Source: Acidimicrobiales bacterium (lineage in GTDB: Bacteria > Actinomycetota > Acidimicrobiia > Acidimicrobiales > RAAP-2). Taken from it: a stretch of DNA of 64,000 nucleotides. The notes beneath the pieces were generated by a model. The model had not been told where the DNA came from, did no database searches, and was given only the letters and a program-made list of their open reading frames with translations. Made by a program: the position numbers and the translations under genes. Below, piece by piece: positions 28,915 through 38,161 of the stretch. Numbering within the stretch: the stretch's first letter is position 1; each line of letters begins with the position of its first letter. The stretch spans positions 13,051-77,050 of the forward strand of contig JBEKKW010000003.1 in assembly GCA_050010495.1 (NCBI GenBank). Reading direction: 5' to 3'.

Positions 28915-28963
28915 AGTATCCGCCCTCCCCCGTTGGAGCGTGTGACGAAGGCCCGCGCGTCCC

Positions 28964-29566
28964 TTGAGCGCCCTCATTCGTAATCCAGGGGCCTTCGTAG
29001 TGTTCGTACTGATCTTTTCGATATCTCCCGGGCCCAACAACCTGATGGTGACGACCGTTGGAGTGGCCAGGGGACGACTCGCCGCGCTAAAGACGGCCGC
29101 TGGGGTGAGCGTCGGTTGGGCGATTCAATTGGTCGTATTCGGCCTGGGTGCGATAGCGGTGATGCGCGCGATCCCCTGGCTCGCCACGTTCATCGAGATC
29201 TTCGCTGTGACGTACCTACTTTGGCTGGCGCAGAAACTCTGGCGGACGGACACCATTGGTTCGGCGACTCCAGGGCTTAGTTTTCGCGGAACCCTCCTGT
29301 TTCAGTGGATAAACCCCAAGGCGTTAACCATTTCTCTGAGCATTTCGGGACTTTTTGTCGTGCGCTCTGGGGGAGGAATCCACCTGTGGTCGGCACTCGC
29401 GGTGGCGGTCGTTGCGGCGCTGTTCAACTACCCGTGCGTGTGTCTTTGGGGCTTGGCCGGTTCGACGTTGACCAGGAGGCTCGCGCGACCGGGCGCCGAA
29501 CTCAGGTTCAACCGACTCGCCGCGGCACTGCTCGTCGCATTGGTCATCCGGCTGGTGGCGAGCTGA
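28964..29566 (+). CDS. LysE/RhtB-family amino-acid exporter
   Basis: N-terminus FVLIFSISPGPNNL, plus WINPKA and six hydrophobic segments. TTG start is uncertain. Confidence 0.85.
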   Translation: MSALIRNPGAFVVFVLIFSISPGPNNLMVTTVGVARGRLAALKTAAGVSVGWAIQLVVFGLGAIAVMRAIPWLATFIEIFAVTYLLWLAQKLWRTDTIGSATPGLSFRGTLLFQWINPKALTISLSISGLFVVRSGGGIHLWSALAVAVVAALFNYPCVCLWGLAGSTLTRRLARPGAELRFNRLAAALLVALVIRLVAS

Positions 29567-29663
29567 TCAACACCGCAATGATGCTGGCAACTCCGTGAGG
29601 CACCAGGTCGGTGGCCGGTGCGTCATCCTGGGAATGACTGTATGTGGGCCGACCGGGTTTCGA

Positions 29664-29692
29664 GCACTCCGCCCCGGGACTCGAAGGAGTGC
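29664..29692. terminator. Stem-loop between convergent genes (possible bidirectional terminator)
   Basis: GCACTCC-N15-GGAGTGC, lying between the LysE stop and the GH13 stop. No clear U-tract. Confidence 0.25.
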
Positions 29693-29741
29693 AGTGACGG
29701 TTGGGCGATGATGGACAGGTTGCGAAATGCCCGTGAGACGT

Positions 29742-31451
29742 TTACTGGCGTCTGCGTAGCCACGCACCCTCGTTGACGCGGATGACGCGCCCCTCGCTCG
29801 TCGGCGAAGTTGAAGCCAACACTTCGTGATTATCGGGAATAGGCCAGAGGTCGCCTGAGAAATTCACGACGCAGCGGAAGTCGGGACCGCGCCGCAGGAT
29901 GAGCACACCCGTTGGGCTGGGTTCCCACGTGATGGCCCACTCGTCGTCGGCGAACATCGTCGATCGCAACGCCAGCACAGACCTAAAGAAGTTCAGCGTT
30001 GACGATGCATCGTCGAGCTGGGTGGCCACGCTCACGTTGGCCCAACCTTTCGGCTGGGGCAGCCAGGTATCTGGACTCGTGCTGAAGCCGAGAGAGGGAC
30101 CGTCCTTCTCCCACGGTAGGGGTACGCGGCAACCATCACGACCGAGTTCCCGCCTGCCGGTGCGGAAATATATGGGATCTTGGAGCTTGTCCTCGGGGAT
30201 GTCGGTGACCTCCCAGAGTCCGAGCTCCTCGCCTTGGTAGATGCACGCCGAGCCCGGCAGGGCCAACGCCAGCAGGTATGCCGCCCGAGCGCGCTCGCGC
30301 CCAATCGCGGTCACGTCGGCCAGGGGGCCTTCGGCGGGACCGTCCTGTGAGTAGCGCGACACCGTTCGCTTCTCGTCGTGACTCGAAAGCGTCCACGTTA
30401 TCCACGATCGGCGCTCGAGGCAGGCGCTATGGAGCGTGTTGATCATCCGACGAAAGGCGTCGGCGTTCCAGACGATCTTGCAGAGGTCGAAGGACAACGT
30501 GGATTGCAACTCGTCGCGGCGCATATAGCGGGCCAGTCGGTCCACGTCGCGCACGACAACCTCGCCCACCAAGAACTTTTCAGTCGGGTACTCCTGAGCC
30601 ACGCGTCGAAAACGTCGAAGCACGTCGTGCACTCCGTCGGCGTCGAAGAACGGCACGGGGCCCCAAATGTCAGGTCGGTAGAGTTCGTCGGGCTTAAAGC
30701 CCATGTCGCGGTAATCATCGTCCTTGCCGATTGCCGACACGGCGTCGAGGCGCAGGCCGTCAACGCCAAGAGCGAACCAGAACCGGAAGATCTCGTCAAA
30801 ACTCTTTCGCACTTCTTCGTTCTTCCAGTTGAGATCGGGCTGACTGGAGTCGAAGAGGTGGAAATACCACTGGCCGGGCGTACCGTCTGGATTCGTGGCG
30901 CGGGTCCACGTCGGCCCGCCGAAGATGCTCTTCCAGTCGTTGGGCGGTTCGTCTCCATCCTCCCCCTTGCCGTCCTTGAAGTAGAACCAGTCGCGCTCGG
31001 GCGAACCCGCGGGGGAGGTCAGCGCCGCCTGAAACCAGGGGTGCTGGCTGGAGCAGTGATTCGCGACCATGTCGAGGACGACTCGAAGCCCGAGTTCGTG
31101 GCTGGCGTCAATGAGGCGCTTGACGTCCTGGAGCGAACCAAAGAGGGGATCGGTATCGAGATAGTTGGTGACGTCGTAACCGCTGTCGAGCATCGGTGAG
31201 ACGTACCAGGGGGAGACCCATAAGGCCTCGACGCCGAGTTCCTTCAGATACGGCAATCGATCGATCAGACCGGCGATGTCACCCACTCCGTCACCATTGG
31301 CGTCGGCGAAACTTCTCAGATAGACCTCGTACAGCACCGCTCGGTGCCACCACTGCAGCGACGCCTCGGTGCCGGCACCGCTTGATGCGACATGGTTCGA
31401 TACGTCGTTCGACTCGAGAGTGTCTCTCTGCTCATCTTCAAGGACAATCAT
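29742..31451 (-). CDS. GH13 alpha-glucosidase / oligo-1,6-glucosidase
   Basis: Motifs WWHRAVLYEVYLRSFADANGDGVGDI, GVEALWVSPWY.SP, GLRVVLDMVANH, GVDGLRLDAV, GEV and LSSHD. Start at ATG 31451 after AAGGAAG. Confidence 0.9.
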   Translation of the reverse strand: MIVLEDEQRDTLESNDVSNHVASSGAGTEASLQWWHRAVLYEVYLRSFADANGDGVGDIAGLIDRLPYLKELGVEALWVSPWYVSPMLDSGYDVTNYLDTDPLFGSLQDVKRLIDASHELGLRVVLDMVANHCSSQHPWFQAALTSPAGSPERDWFYFKDGKGEDGDEPPNDWKSIFGGPTWTRATNPDGTPGQWYFHLFDSSQPDLNWKNEEVRKSFDEIFRFWFALGVDGLRLDAVSAIGKDDDYRDMGFKPDELYRPDIWGPVPFFDADGVHDVLRRFRRVAQEYPTEKFLVGEVVVRDVDRLARYMRRDELQSTLSFDLCKIVWNADAFRRMINTLHSACLERRSWITWTLSSHDEKRTVSRYSQDGPAEGPLADVTAIGRERARAAYLLALALPGSACIYQGEELGLWEVTDIPEDKLQDPIYFRTGRRELGRDGCRVPLPWEKDGPSLGFSTSPDTWLPQPKGWANVSVATQLDDASSTLNFFRSVLALRSTMFADDEWAITWEPSPTGVLILRRGPDFRCVVNFSGDLWPIPDNHEVLASTSPTSEGRVIRVNEGAWLRRRQ

Positions 31452-31637
31452 GAAACTTCCTTTTGACCTGAATATCCTCACGTCACTGTTTGCAACGACA
31501 CCGAATTCAGTGCACCCAACGACGTGATGAACTTCGCCCTACGTTGAAACTTTGATAATGCTGCACTTCTCACTGCACGACCGAATCTCCTGGCCCCGTC
31601 ATCAGAACGTGGCCTGAAGAAAAAACTTCTGCTGCAC

Positions 31638-31683
31638 TTGACACCGATGTTAGTGCTCGGTAGCATCCTTTGGAACCGGTTCC
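31638..31683 (+). promoter_or_regulatory. Promoter and LacI-type operator upstream of the LacI/sugar-ABC operon
   Basis: TTGACA (31638-31643), 17 nt, then TAGCAT (31661-31666). The perfect 12-bp palindrome GGAACCGGTTCC (31672-31683) follows just downstream. Confidence 0.45.
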
Positions 31684-31730
31684 GAATTGGGGAAAATAGT
31701 ACCGGATTTTTTGGGTTGGGGGAAGTCGTA

Positions 31731-32831
31731 GTGAGCAAGCGTCCGATCAGCATTGCCACCGTTGCCGCTGAGGCCGGGGTCGGTGTGGGCACTGTGTCGC
31801 GCGTCCTCAACGGGAGCGATCAGGTGAGCGAGGCCACCCGCAAGCGGGTGCTGGGCACCATGGAGCGCCTGGACTACCGCCCCCTGCGCAGCGCGTCGTC
31901 GCTCTCGAAGGGCCGTACCGATGCGGTCGGCATTCTCGTCTCGGTGATCACCCGACCATCGGTCATGGCGCGCCTGGTTGGGGTGATTGACGTCTTGAGT
32001 GACGCCGGCCTCGATGCGGTGGTCTTCAACGTCGAGAATCGGGCGCAGCTCGACCGCCACCTTTCGTCCATCATCGATCAGCGCCGTGTCGACGGCATCA
32101 TCTCAATCTCGCTGACCATCCCCAAGGAGCGGCTCACGCGCATCAGGAAGCTGGCCATTCCCCTGGTGCTCGTTGACAACAGCCTGCCGCATCTTTCCTG
32201 TGTCTACATCGACGACGTGGCGGGCGGCCGGTTGGCGACGGAGCACCTGCTCTCGCTGGGCCATCGGCGGATCGGTTTCGTGGGCGACAACGCGCACACT
32301 GACTTGGGCATGACCTCCTCGGAGGATCGCTACGCGGGGTATCTGATGGCGCTCGACGCGTCCGGTATTGAGCCTGATTTTGACCTCGTGGCGCGCGGCC
32401 CCCACTCTTCGGAAGCGGCCGCCGTTCTCACCAGCGCACTGTTCGAACTTGGCAAGCATCGACCGACCGCGATATTTGCGAGTTCCGACACGCTGGCCGT
32501 CGGCGCGGTCAAAGCGACGCAGCAACATGGGCTCACGCTTCCCGATGACTGTGCCGTCATCGGATTTGACAACCTAGAAATATCCTCCATTCTCGACATC
32601 TCTACCGTGAATCAGCCGTTGCTGGAGTCCGGGATCAAGGGAGCGTCAAAGATGGTCTCGTTGCTCAACGGCGAGATCGCAAAGCCTCATCGAGAGGAAC
32701 TTCCTCTTGAAGTGGTCCCCCGCGGAAGTTCGCTGGGGAACCAGAGGAACAGTTACCCCAAGCCCTACGGCGTCGTGGAAGGGCCCAACGGCCTCCAGAT
32801 TCTCCAAGGGGGAGAGGAGTTGGTCTCATGA
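31731..32831 (+). CDS. LacI-family transcriptional regulator
   Basis: HTH ISIATVAAEAGVGVGTVSRVLNG at the N-terminus when started at GTG 31731 (after GGGGGAAG). Periplasmic-binding-protein-fold C-domain. Confidence 0.9.
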   Translation: MSKRPISIATVAAEAGVGVGTVSRVLNGSDQVSEATRKRVLGTMERLDYRPLRSASSLSKGRTDAVGILVSVITRPSVMARLVGVIDVLSDAGLDAVVFNVENRAQLDRHLSSIIDQRRVDGIISISLTIPKERLTRIRKLAIPLVLVDNSLPHLSCVYIDDVAGGRLATEHLLSLGHRRIGFVGDNAHTDLGMTSSEDRYAGYLMALDASGIEPDFDLVARGPHSSEAAAVLTSALFELGKHRPTAIFASSDTLAVGAVKATQQHGLTLPDDCAVIGFDNLEISSILDISTVNQPLLESGIKGASKMVSLLNGEIAKPHREELPLEVVPRGSSLGNQRNSYPKPYGVVEGPNGLQILQGGEELVS

Positions 32832-34243
32832 AGGACATAACTACAACGAAAAGAGGAGTAATGAGTAAAAGTTTGATTGGCCGGGTGGGGAGGTCCCGCA
32901 GCGTTCTCGTGGCTGCGGTCACCTTGACCACCATCGTCGGAATGTCGATCGTCGTGGCGAATGGATCCGCTCTGGCGTCGACGTCGAAGAAGATCGGCGG
33001 GACCGTATCGGTCTGGAACGAATTCTCCGGCGCCGAGGCGACCGGTTTTGCCACAGCGTTGAAGCCCTTCGAAAGCAAGACCGGGGTGAAGGTCACCGTT
33101 CGTGACGTTGGCTCGTCGGGACCAACGTTGATCGAGGCCGCAGTGGCGGGAGGAAAGCCGCCGGACATCGCGGCAGTCCCGACGCCCGGATCGTTCGACT
33201 TGTTGGCCGCGGGGAAGCGGTTGACTCCGCTGAAGCCAATATTGGGTAGTGAAGTGAAGAACTTCTCCGCCGGGTGGAATGCGGCTGCCACGTATGACGG
33301 AAAGTTGTACGGCCTCTGGCTCGATTCTTCGTCGAAGAACACCGTCTTCTACAACCCAGCCGTGTTCGCGGCCGCGGGAATCACCTCACCCCCGACGACC
33401 TTCCAGGAGTTGCTCACCGACGCCTCGACGATCGCCCAGTCCGGTTACACGCCGATCTCCTACTGCAGTGGGACCTCCGGCGCGGGCTGGTCGGCAACGG
33501 ACCTCTTTCAAAACGTCTTCGTGAAGGTGAACGGTGCAGCGGCCTACAACGATCTCGTGAGCGGGAAGTTGAGTTGGACCAGTTCTGACGTGACTCAGGC
33601 GTTCGCCGATTACTCCTCGCTTCTCGGTACCAACGGAGCGAACGTGGGCGGCATTAGCAACGCGTTGGGCACGGACCAGCTGTGGCCCACCTGCGTCAAC
33701 CCCGTATTCCCCACGTCGGGACCGCCGACGGCCGCCATGGTGATTGAGGCCTCCTTCGTGGAGCAGACTCTTCCATCGAATTACTCGCCGTCCGATTCAT
33801 CAACGTGCACCTTGACGCAGACCAATCCCTGCTACGACTACTTCCCGTTCCCGGCGCCCGCTGGTAGCAAGTACGCCACGAACGACCAGTCGTCGGGAGA
33901 CGTGGCCATGCTGCTGACGTCGACGAAGGCCTCGCGCGCGTTGATCCAGTACCTGGGTTCGAAGCAGTTCGCGACGCTGTGGGAAGAGGCCCCCGGTGGG
34001 ACGATCACTCCTAACCTGGCCGTGCCGGCGAGCGCCCTCAAGAATCCCGTGACGTTGAGCATCGTGAAGAACCTCAATAGTGCGTCGGCGACGGTATTCA
34101 GCATGGACGACGAATACGGTGGCACGCTGGAGCCCCAGATGTGGTCGAACATGCTCGCCTGGGTCGGCGGCACGGACACCACGGCTGAATTCCAGTCGAC
34201 GATGCAGAGCGAAACGAAGGCCTACTTGGCCTCAAACGGTTAG
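32828..34243 (+). CDS. Sugar ABC substrate-binding protein (family 1, CUT1)
   Basis: ATGA overlap with the lacI stop. Signal peptide VLVAAVTLTTIVGMSIVVANGSALAS. An alternative start is ATG 32861. Confidence 0.85.
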   Translation: MKDITTTKRGVMSKSLIGRVGRSRSVLVAAVTLTTIVGMSIVVANGSALASTSKKIGGTVSVWNEFSGAEATGFATALKPFESKTGVKVTVRDVGSSGPTLIEAAVAGGKPPDIAAVPTPGSFDLLAAGKRLTPLKPILGSEVKNFSAGWNAAATYDGKLYGLWLDSSSKNTVFYNPAVFAAAGITSPPTTFQELLTDASTIAQSGYTPISYCSGTSGAGWSATDLFQNVFVKVNGAAAYNDLVSGKLSWTSSDVTQAFADYSSLLGTNGANVGGISNALGTDQLWPTCVNPVFPTSGPPTAAMVIEASFVEQTLPSNYSPSDSSTCTLTQTNPCYDYFPFPAPAGSKYATNDQSSGDVAMLLTSTKASRALIQYLGSKQFATLWEEAPGGTITPNLAVPASALKNPVTLSIVKNLNSASATVFSMDDEYGGTLEPQMWSNMLAWVGGTDTTAEFQSTMQSETKAYLASNG

Positions 34244-34256
34244 TCGTACGTAGCGT

Positions 34257-34302
34257 CATCGGCGTGCGGGTAGTTCCTCAGTGAGCTACCCGCACGCCGA
34301 TG
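34257..34302 (+). other. Intercistronic 17-bp perfect stem-loop between the binding-protein and permease genes
   Basis: CATCGGCGTGCGGGTAG, a 12-nt loop, then CTACCCGCACGCCGATG. No U-tract follows. Confidence 0.6.
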
Positions 34303-34344
34303 GATACGGTGGTTGTCGTTGTTGGGCGCAGCCGTATTTTTTGA

Positions 34345-35766
34345 GTGGTGGGGTCCGTGAGCGCTAGCACAATCAATGTGAAGACACGAACAGGCGGGCA
34401 CCGCCCGTGGATTCGCGAGCACGCCGTATCGCTCGCCTTCTTGGCTCCCGCCGCGGTCTGGATGCTGTTCATCGTGATCTGGCCCACGATCGACACCTTC
34501 CGCCTGAGCCTCTTCAACGAATCGGCCACGAAGTTTCTCGGGCTCACCAACTACAAGACGGTTTTTTCGACGGACACCATCCTCACCGCCTTTCGCAACA
34601 ACGTCATCTGGGTACTGATTTTCCCGTTTTTCGTCACCATTTTTGGTCTCATCTTCGCCGTGCTCTCCGAACGAATTCGCTGGGCCACCGCGTTCAAGGC
34701 GTTGATCGTGATGCCGATCGTGTTCAGTACGACGGCGTCGGCCCTGGTGTGGGCGACCATCTTCGACAACAGCCCGCAGATTGGCGCGGTGAACGCCGCG
34801 CTGTTGACGGTGAGCGATTGGTTTAACGCGCCTGGCGCGTATCCCGTGAGTGCCGCAGCCGGTCAATCAGTCGCGAATCTCGTGGGGAGCGACGCCCACG
34901 CCAAGAAGGGCAACAGCATCGTCAGTAACTCTTCGGCTCGAGCCGGAGGAACGATCAACATAGGCCTGGAGGACGTCAGTCCCGCGACACTGACCATTCT
35001 CAAGGCCCAAGACGCTGTGAAGCCGCGGCCGATGTCGGGCGCCATCACCGGGGTCGTCTGGCGCGCCTTTTCGCCGACCGATCCGTCGAATAGGACTGCG
35101 GTTCTGCCCGGAGAGCTGGGTCTGCCGATCATGCGCCTCTCGTTGGTGAACTCGCAGGGCGTGTCCGTGGCGTCGACCACGACTACCTCGAGTGGCCAGT
35201 ACATATTTTCGAACGTCGGAAAGGGTAAATACTTCGTCGAAATCCAATCCTCCAATTTCAGTTCCGGCTTCACGGGCATTTCGTGGCTAGGCGGTACTTC
35301 GCTGACGCCGGTTTCTGGGTTGGGCCAGACCGCGCAGGCACTTCTCTCAGTCCCGCTGGCCGACCTGGCGATGATCATCACCTACCTGTGGATCTGGGCC
35401 GGGTTCGCGATGGTGCTTATCGGGGCCGGGCTCGCGTCGCTCAACCGCGAGGTCCTAGAGGCCGCTCGAATAGATGGAGCGAAGGAGTGGCAGGTCTTTC
35501 GCAGGGTCACCGTCCCGATGCTGGCCCCCGTCCTCGCCGTCGTGTTCGTGACCATGATCATCAACGTCCTGAAGGTCTTCGACATTGTCTTGAATATGGC
35601 GTCCGGCGCTTCCGTCAACGCGACCCCCACTCTGGCGGTGGAGATCTATAACGACGGCTTCACCGGTGGCGTTCACTCGGGCGTGTCGAGCGCCATCGCG
35701 GTCATACTCTTCCTGCTCGTTCTACCGGCCATGGTCATGAACCTGAAGCGGATCAAGGGAGTGTGA
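34345..35766 (+). CDS. CUT1 sugar ABC permease (MalF/AglF-like) with a ~175-aa extracytoplasmic insertion
   Basis: EAA-loop region LEAARIDGAKEWQVFRRVTVPML. About 150 aa longer than usual. The insert carries a Cna-B/SdrD-B-like pattern (see findings). Confidence 0.85.
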   Translation: MVGSVSASTINVKTRTGGHRPWIREHAVSLAFLAPAAVWMLFIVIWPTIDTFRLSLFNESATKFLGLTNYKTVFSTDTILTAFRNNVIWVLIFPFFVTIFGLIFAVLSERIRWATAFKALIVMPIVFSTTASALVWATIFDNSPQIGAVNAALLTVSDWFNAPGAYPVSAAAGQSVANLVGSDAHAKKGNSIVSNSSARAGGTINIGLEDVSPATLTILKAQDAVKPRPMSGAITGVVWRAFSPTDPSNRTAVLPGELGLPIMRLSLVNSQGVSVASTTTTSSGQYIFSNVGKGKYFVEIQSSNFSSGFTGISWLGGTSLTPVSGLGQTAQALLSVPLADLAMIITYLWIWAGFAMVLIGAGLASLNREVLEAARIDGAKEWQVFRRVTVPMLAPVLAVVFVTMIINVLKVFDIVLNMASGASVNATPTLAVEIYNDGFTGGVHSGVSSAIAVILFLLVLPAMVMNLKRIKGV

Positions 35767-36680
35767 TGACGACGACGGCTCCGACAACTGCTCCCACGAA
35801 GCGCCGTCACCTCCTGCGGCGAATGTTGCCGGCCCGGGGGCCATCGAACATAGTGCTCGCGATCATCGCCATCATCTGGCTGGTGCCGACCGTGTCGCTG
35901 CTGGTCATCTCCCTGCGCCCCGAGGCCGATTTCGGTGTCAGCGGCTGGTGGAAGGCCCTTCTGGCTCCGGCCACCCTCACCTTTTCGAACTATCACGTCC
36001 TCTTGGGCCAGGGGTTCGTCGCCGGAGGACTGCTGGACTCGTTGATGACGTCGATAGAAATTACGGTGCCGGCCACGTTGCTGGTGGTCTTCTTCGCGTG
36101 CTTCGCCGGGCACAGCCTGGTCTTTGGCAAATGGCGCGGGCGCGACGTCGTTTTCCTGACCGTCGTGGGTCTCATGGTGGTGCCCGTTCAAGTTGCCCTC
36201 ATCCCGGTCGTGCAGTTCTATCGCGAGATGGGGCGGCTCTTCGGCTTGAACCCGTACGGGACGATTCCCGGTGTGATCATCTTTCACGTGGCGTTCGGCC
36301 TACCGTTCGGGATCTTCCTGATGCGCAATTTCATGAGCGGTATACCGAAGGACCTGCTGGAGGCAGCTCGCATGGAGGGTGCCGGTGAGTGGAAGGTGTT
36401 CTATCAAATAGTGCTGCCACTGGCCCTACCGGCCCTGGCCTCGCTCGCGATTTTCCAGTTCATCTGGGTGTGGAACGACCTGCTCGTGGCTCTCGTCTTC
36501 TTGGGCGGCAACGCCCACACCCCGCTCACGGTCTTCCTCTACGACCAGAACCGCGAACTCCAAGCGAACTACTGGATCATTTCGACGGGCGCCATCGTTT
36601 CGGTGATCGTGCCGCTCATCGTGTTCTTCTCCTTTCAGCGATACTTTGTCCGAGGCGTCCTCGCGGGCGCCGTTAAATAG
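35763..36680 (+). CDS. CUT1 sugar ABC permease (MalG/AglG-like)
   Basis: Motif LLEAARMEGAGEWKVFYQIVLPLALP. Six TM segments. Overlaps the upstream stop. Confidence 0.9.
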   Translation: MMTTTAPTTAPTKRRHLLRRMLPARGPSNIVLAIIAIIWLVPTVSLLVISLRPEADFGVSGWWKALLAPATLTFSNYHVLLGQGFVAGGLLDSLMTSIEITVPATLLVVFFACFAGHSLVFGKWRGRDVVFLTVVGLMVVPVQVALIPVVQFYREMGRLFGLNPYGTIPGVIIFHVAFGLPFGIFLMRNFMSGIPKDLLEAARMEGAGEWKVFYQIVLPLALPALASLAIFQFIWVWNDLLVALVFLGGNAHTPLTVFLYDQNRELQANYWIISTGAIVSVIVPLIVFFSFQRYFVRGVLAGAVK

Positions 36681-36689
36681 AAGGTTTTC

Positions 36690-37799
36690 ATGGCAAGCGT
36701 AACTTTGAGGAATCTTTCCAAGCAGTATCCGGGCAACAGCGCGCCGTCTCTCGACATGCTCAACCTGGAGATCGCGGACGGCGAGTTCGTGTGCCTGGTC
36801 GGTCCATCGGGCTGTGGCAAGACCACGGCGCTACGCATGATCGCTGGACTCGAAGACGTCACGAGTGGCGAAATCGAAATTGGTGATCGCGTGGTGAACG
36901 AGCTTCCGTCGAGGGATCGAGACATCGCGCTGGTCTTTCAGAGCTACGCGCTCTACCCGCATTTGACGGTCGCCGACAACATGAGCTTCGGCCTGAAGTT
37001 GCGCAAGGTGCCCAAGGACGAGATCCAAGAAGCCGTGCAGAAAGCGGCCAAGATACTGGATTTGGAGCAACTGCTGGACCGTAAGCCGGCCCAACTTTCC
37101 GGTGGCCAACGTCAACGGGTGGCCCTGGGCCGCGCGCTGGTTCGCAATCCGGCCGTGTTCTTGATGGACGAACCCCTGTCGAACCTCGACGCGAAACTTC
37201 GCGTACAGACGCGAGCCGAAATCGCTCAGCTGCATCATCGGCTCCAGGCGACCATGTTGTACGTGACGCACGACCAGGTAGAGGCGATGACCATGGCCGA
37301 CCGCATCGCGGTGATGAATCTCGGCGTTTTGGAGCAGTACGGGACACCCCGCGAGCTCTACAACTTCCCCAAGAACCAGTTCGTCGCCGGCTTCATTGGA
37401 TCGCCGTCAATGAACTTCGTGTCAATGCAGGTCAATCGAGACGCTGAGCTCGTCTATCTCACGGGGATGAGCGCAGACTCGACTATCAAGGTCTCGCTGA
37501 CCGATGAACAGTCGGACATTCTGCGCAACAGCGACGTGAGCGACGTCGTGGTCGGCGTTCGTCCGGAACACTTGGTGGAAGGGACACTGGACCAAGCCGG
37601 ATTCAGCGCGGCGGTGAAGGTGGACGTGATCGAGTTCCTCGGGAACGACGAGCATATTCACGCCTCGAGCGATGGCACTGACCTTGTCGCGATCCTGAAC
37701 GCCCATTCCAGCGTGGGACGGGGAGACGCGATCACGTTGAGCGCGCCGCATGACACCGTCCATCTGTTTCACCCGACGTCCGGTCTCCGGCTGAACTAG
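36690..37799 (+). CDS. Sugar ABC ATP-binding protein (MsiK/MalK/UgpC-like)
   Basis: Motifs GPSGCGKTT, LSGGQRQRVALGRAL, MDEPLSNLDAKLR and VTHDQVEAM, plus a TOBE-like C-terminal domain. Confidence 0.95.
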   Translation: MASVTLRNLSKQYPGNSAPSLDMLNLEIADGEFVCLVGPSGCGKTTALRMIAGLEDVTSGEIEIGDRVVNELPSRDRDIALVFQSYALYPHLTVADNMSFGLKLRKVPKDEIQEAVQKAAKILDLEQLLDRKPAQLSGGQRQRVALGRALVRNPAVFLMDEPLSNLDAKLRVQTRAEIAQLHHRLQATMLYVTHDQVEAMTMADRIAVMNLGVLEQYGTPRELYNFPKNQFVAGFIGSPSMNFVSMQVNRDAELVYLTGMSADSTIKVSLTDEQSDILRNSDVSDVVVGVRPEHLVEGTLDQAGFSAAVKVDVIEFLGNDEHIHASSDGTDLVAILNAHSSVGRGDAITLSAPHDTVHLFHPTSGLRLN

Positions 37800-38161
37800 T
37801 TGGGCTAACGACCTCGCTCGAGCGCAACATCGGATGGTGGTGGCGAGGCCAGCAGACCCAAGTCGGGCGCCTGGTTCGAGCGCACCGACGCGGTTCCTTC
37901 ACGGTCTCGGATCCCCCGTTATGACGGACCAACGACGTGATCGACGTCCCAGTTGTTTCGCATCGGAGCCGTTGCGCTCGTCGATGGATCTGATGAACAC
38001 GTGCCGTCTACCGTTGGTTTGGTTCTGCGGCGTTGCAGAAAACTCAGGGGCGACGAGACGCCGTGGTCGCTGGCGTTCCTCAAGTGGCGGGCCATCTCCA
38101 GTTGCGGATCGCTCGAGTGGCGTTCGCGACGCCGTAGAGCCCTTGACCCGGTACCTCGGGT

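Noticed and set aside
28183-28963. Whether the ORF-poor stretch is RNase P RNA, tmRNA or a cobalamin riboswitch.
   Set aside because: I looked on both strands for GAGGAAAGUCCGG (RNase P), for a GGGG...UUCGAC 5' end with a ...CUCCACCA 3' end (tmRNA), and for a B12 box. The only tmRNA-like 5' string (28819) would run into the LysE gene. No diagnostic motif was found, so the region stays unassigned.
37800-38161. A 360-nt spacer between the convergent msiK-like and CMD-family genes, as a possible small gene or RNA.
   Set aside because: It contains only weak 5-bp hairpins and arginine-rich ORFs, with no RBS-preceded ORF or strong terminator. I could not support any feature there.
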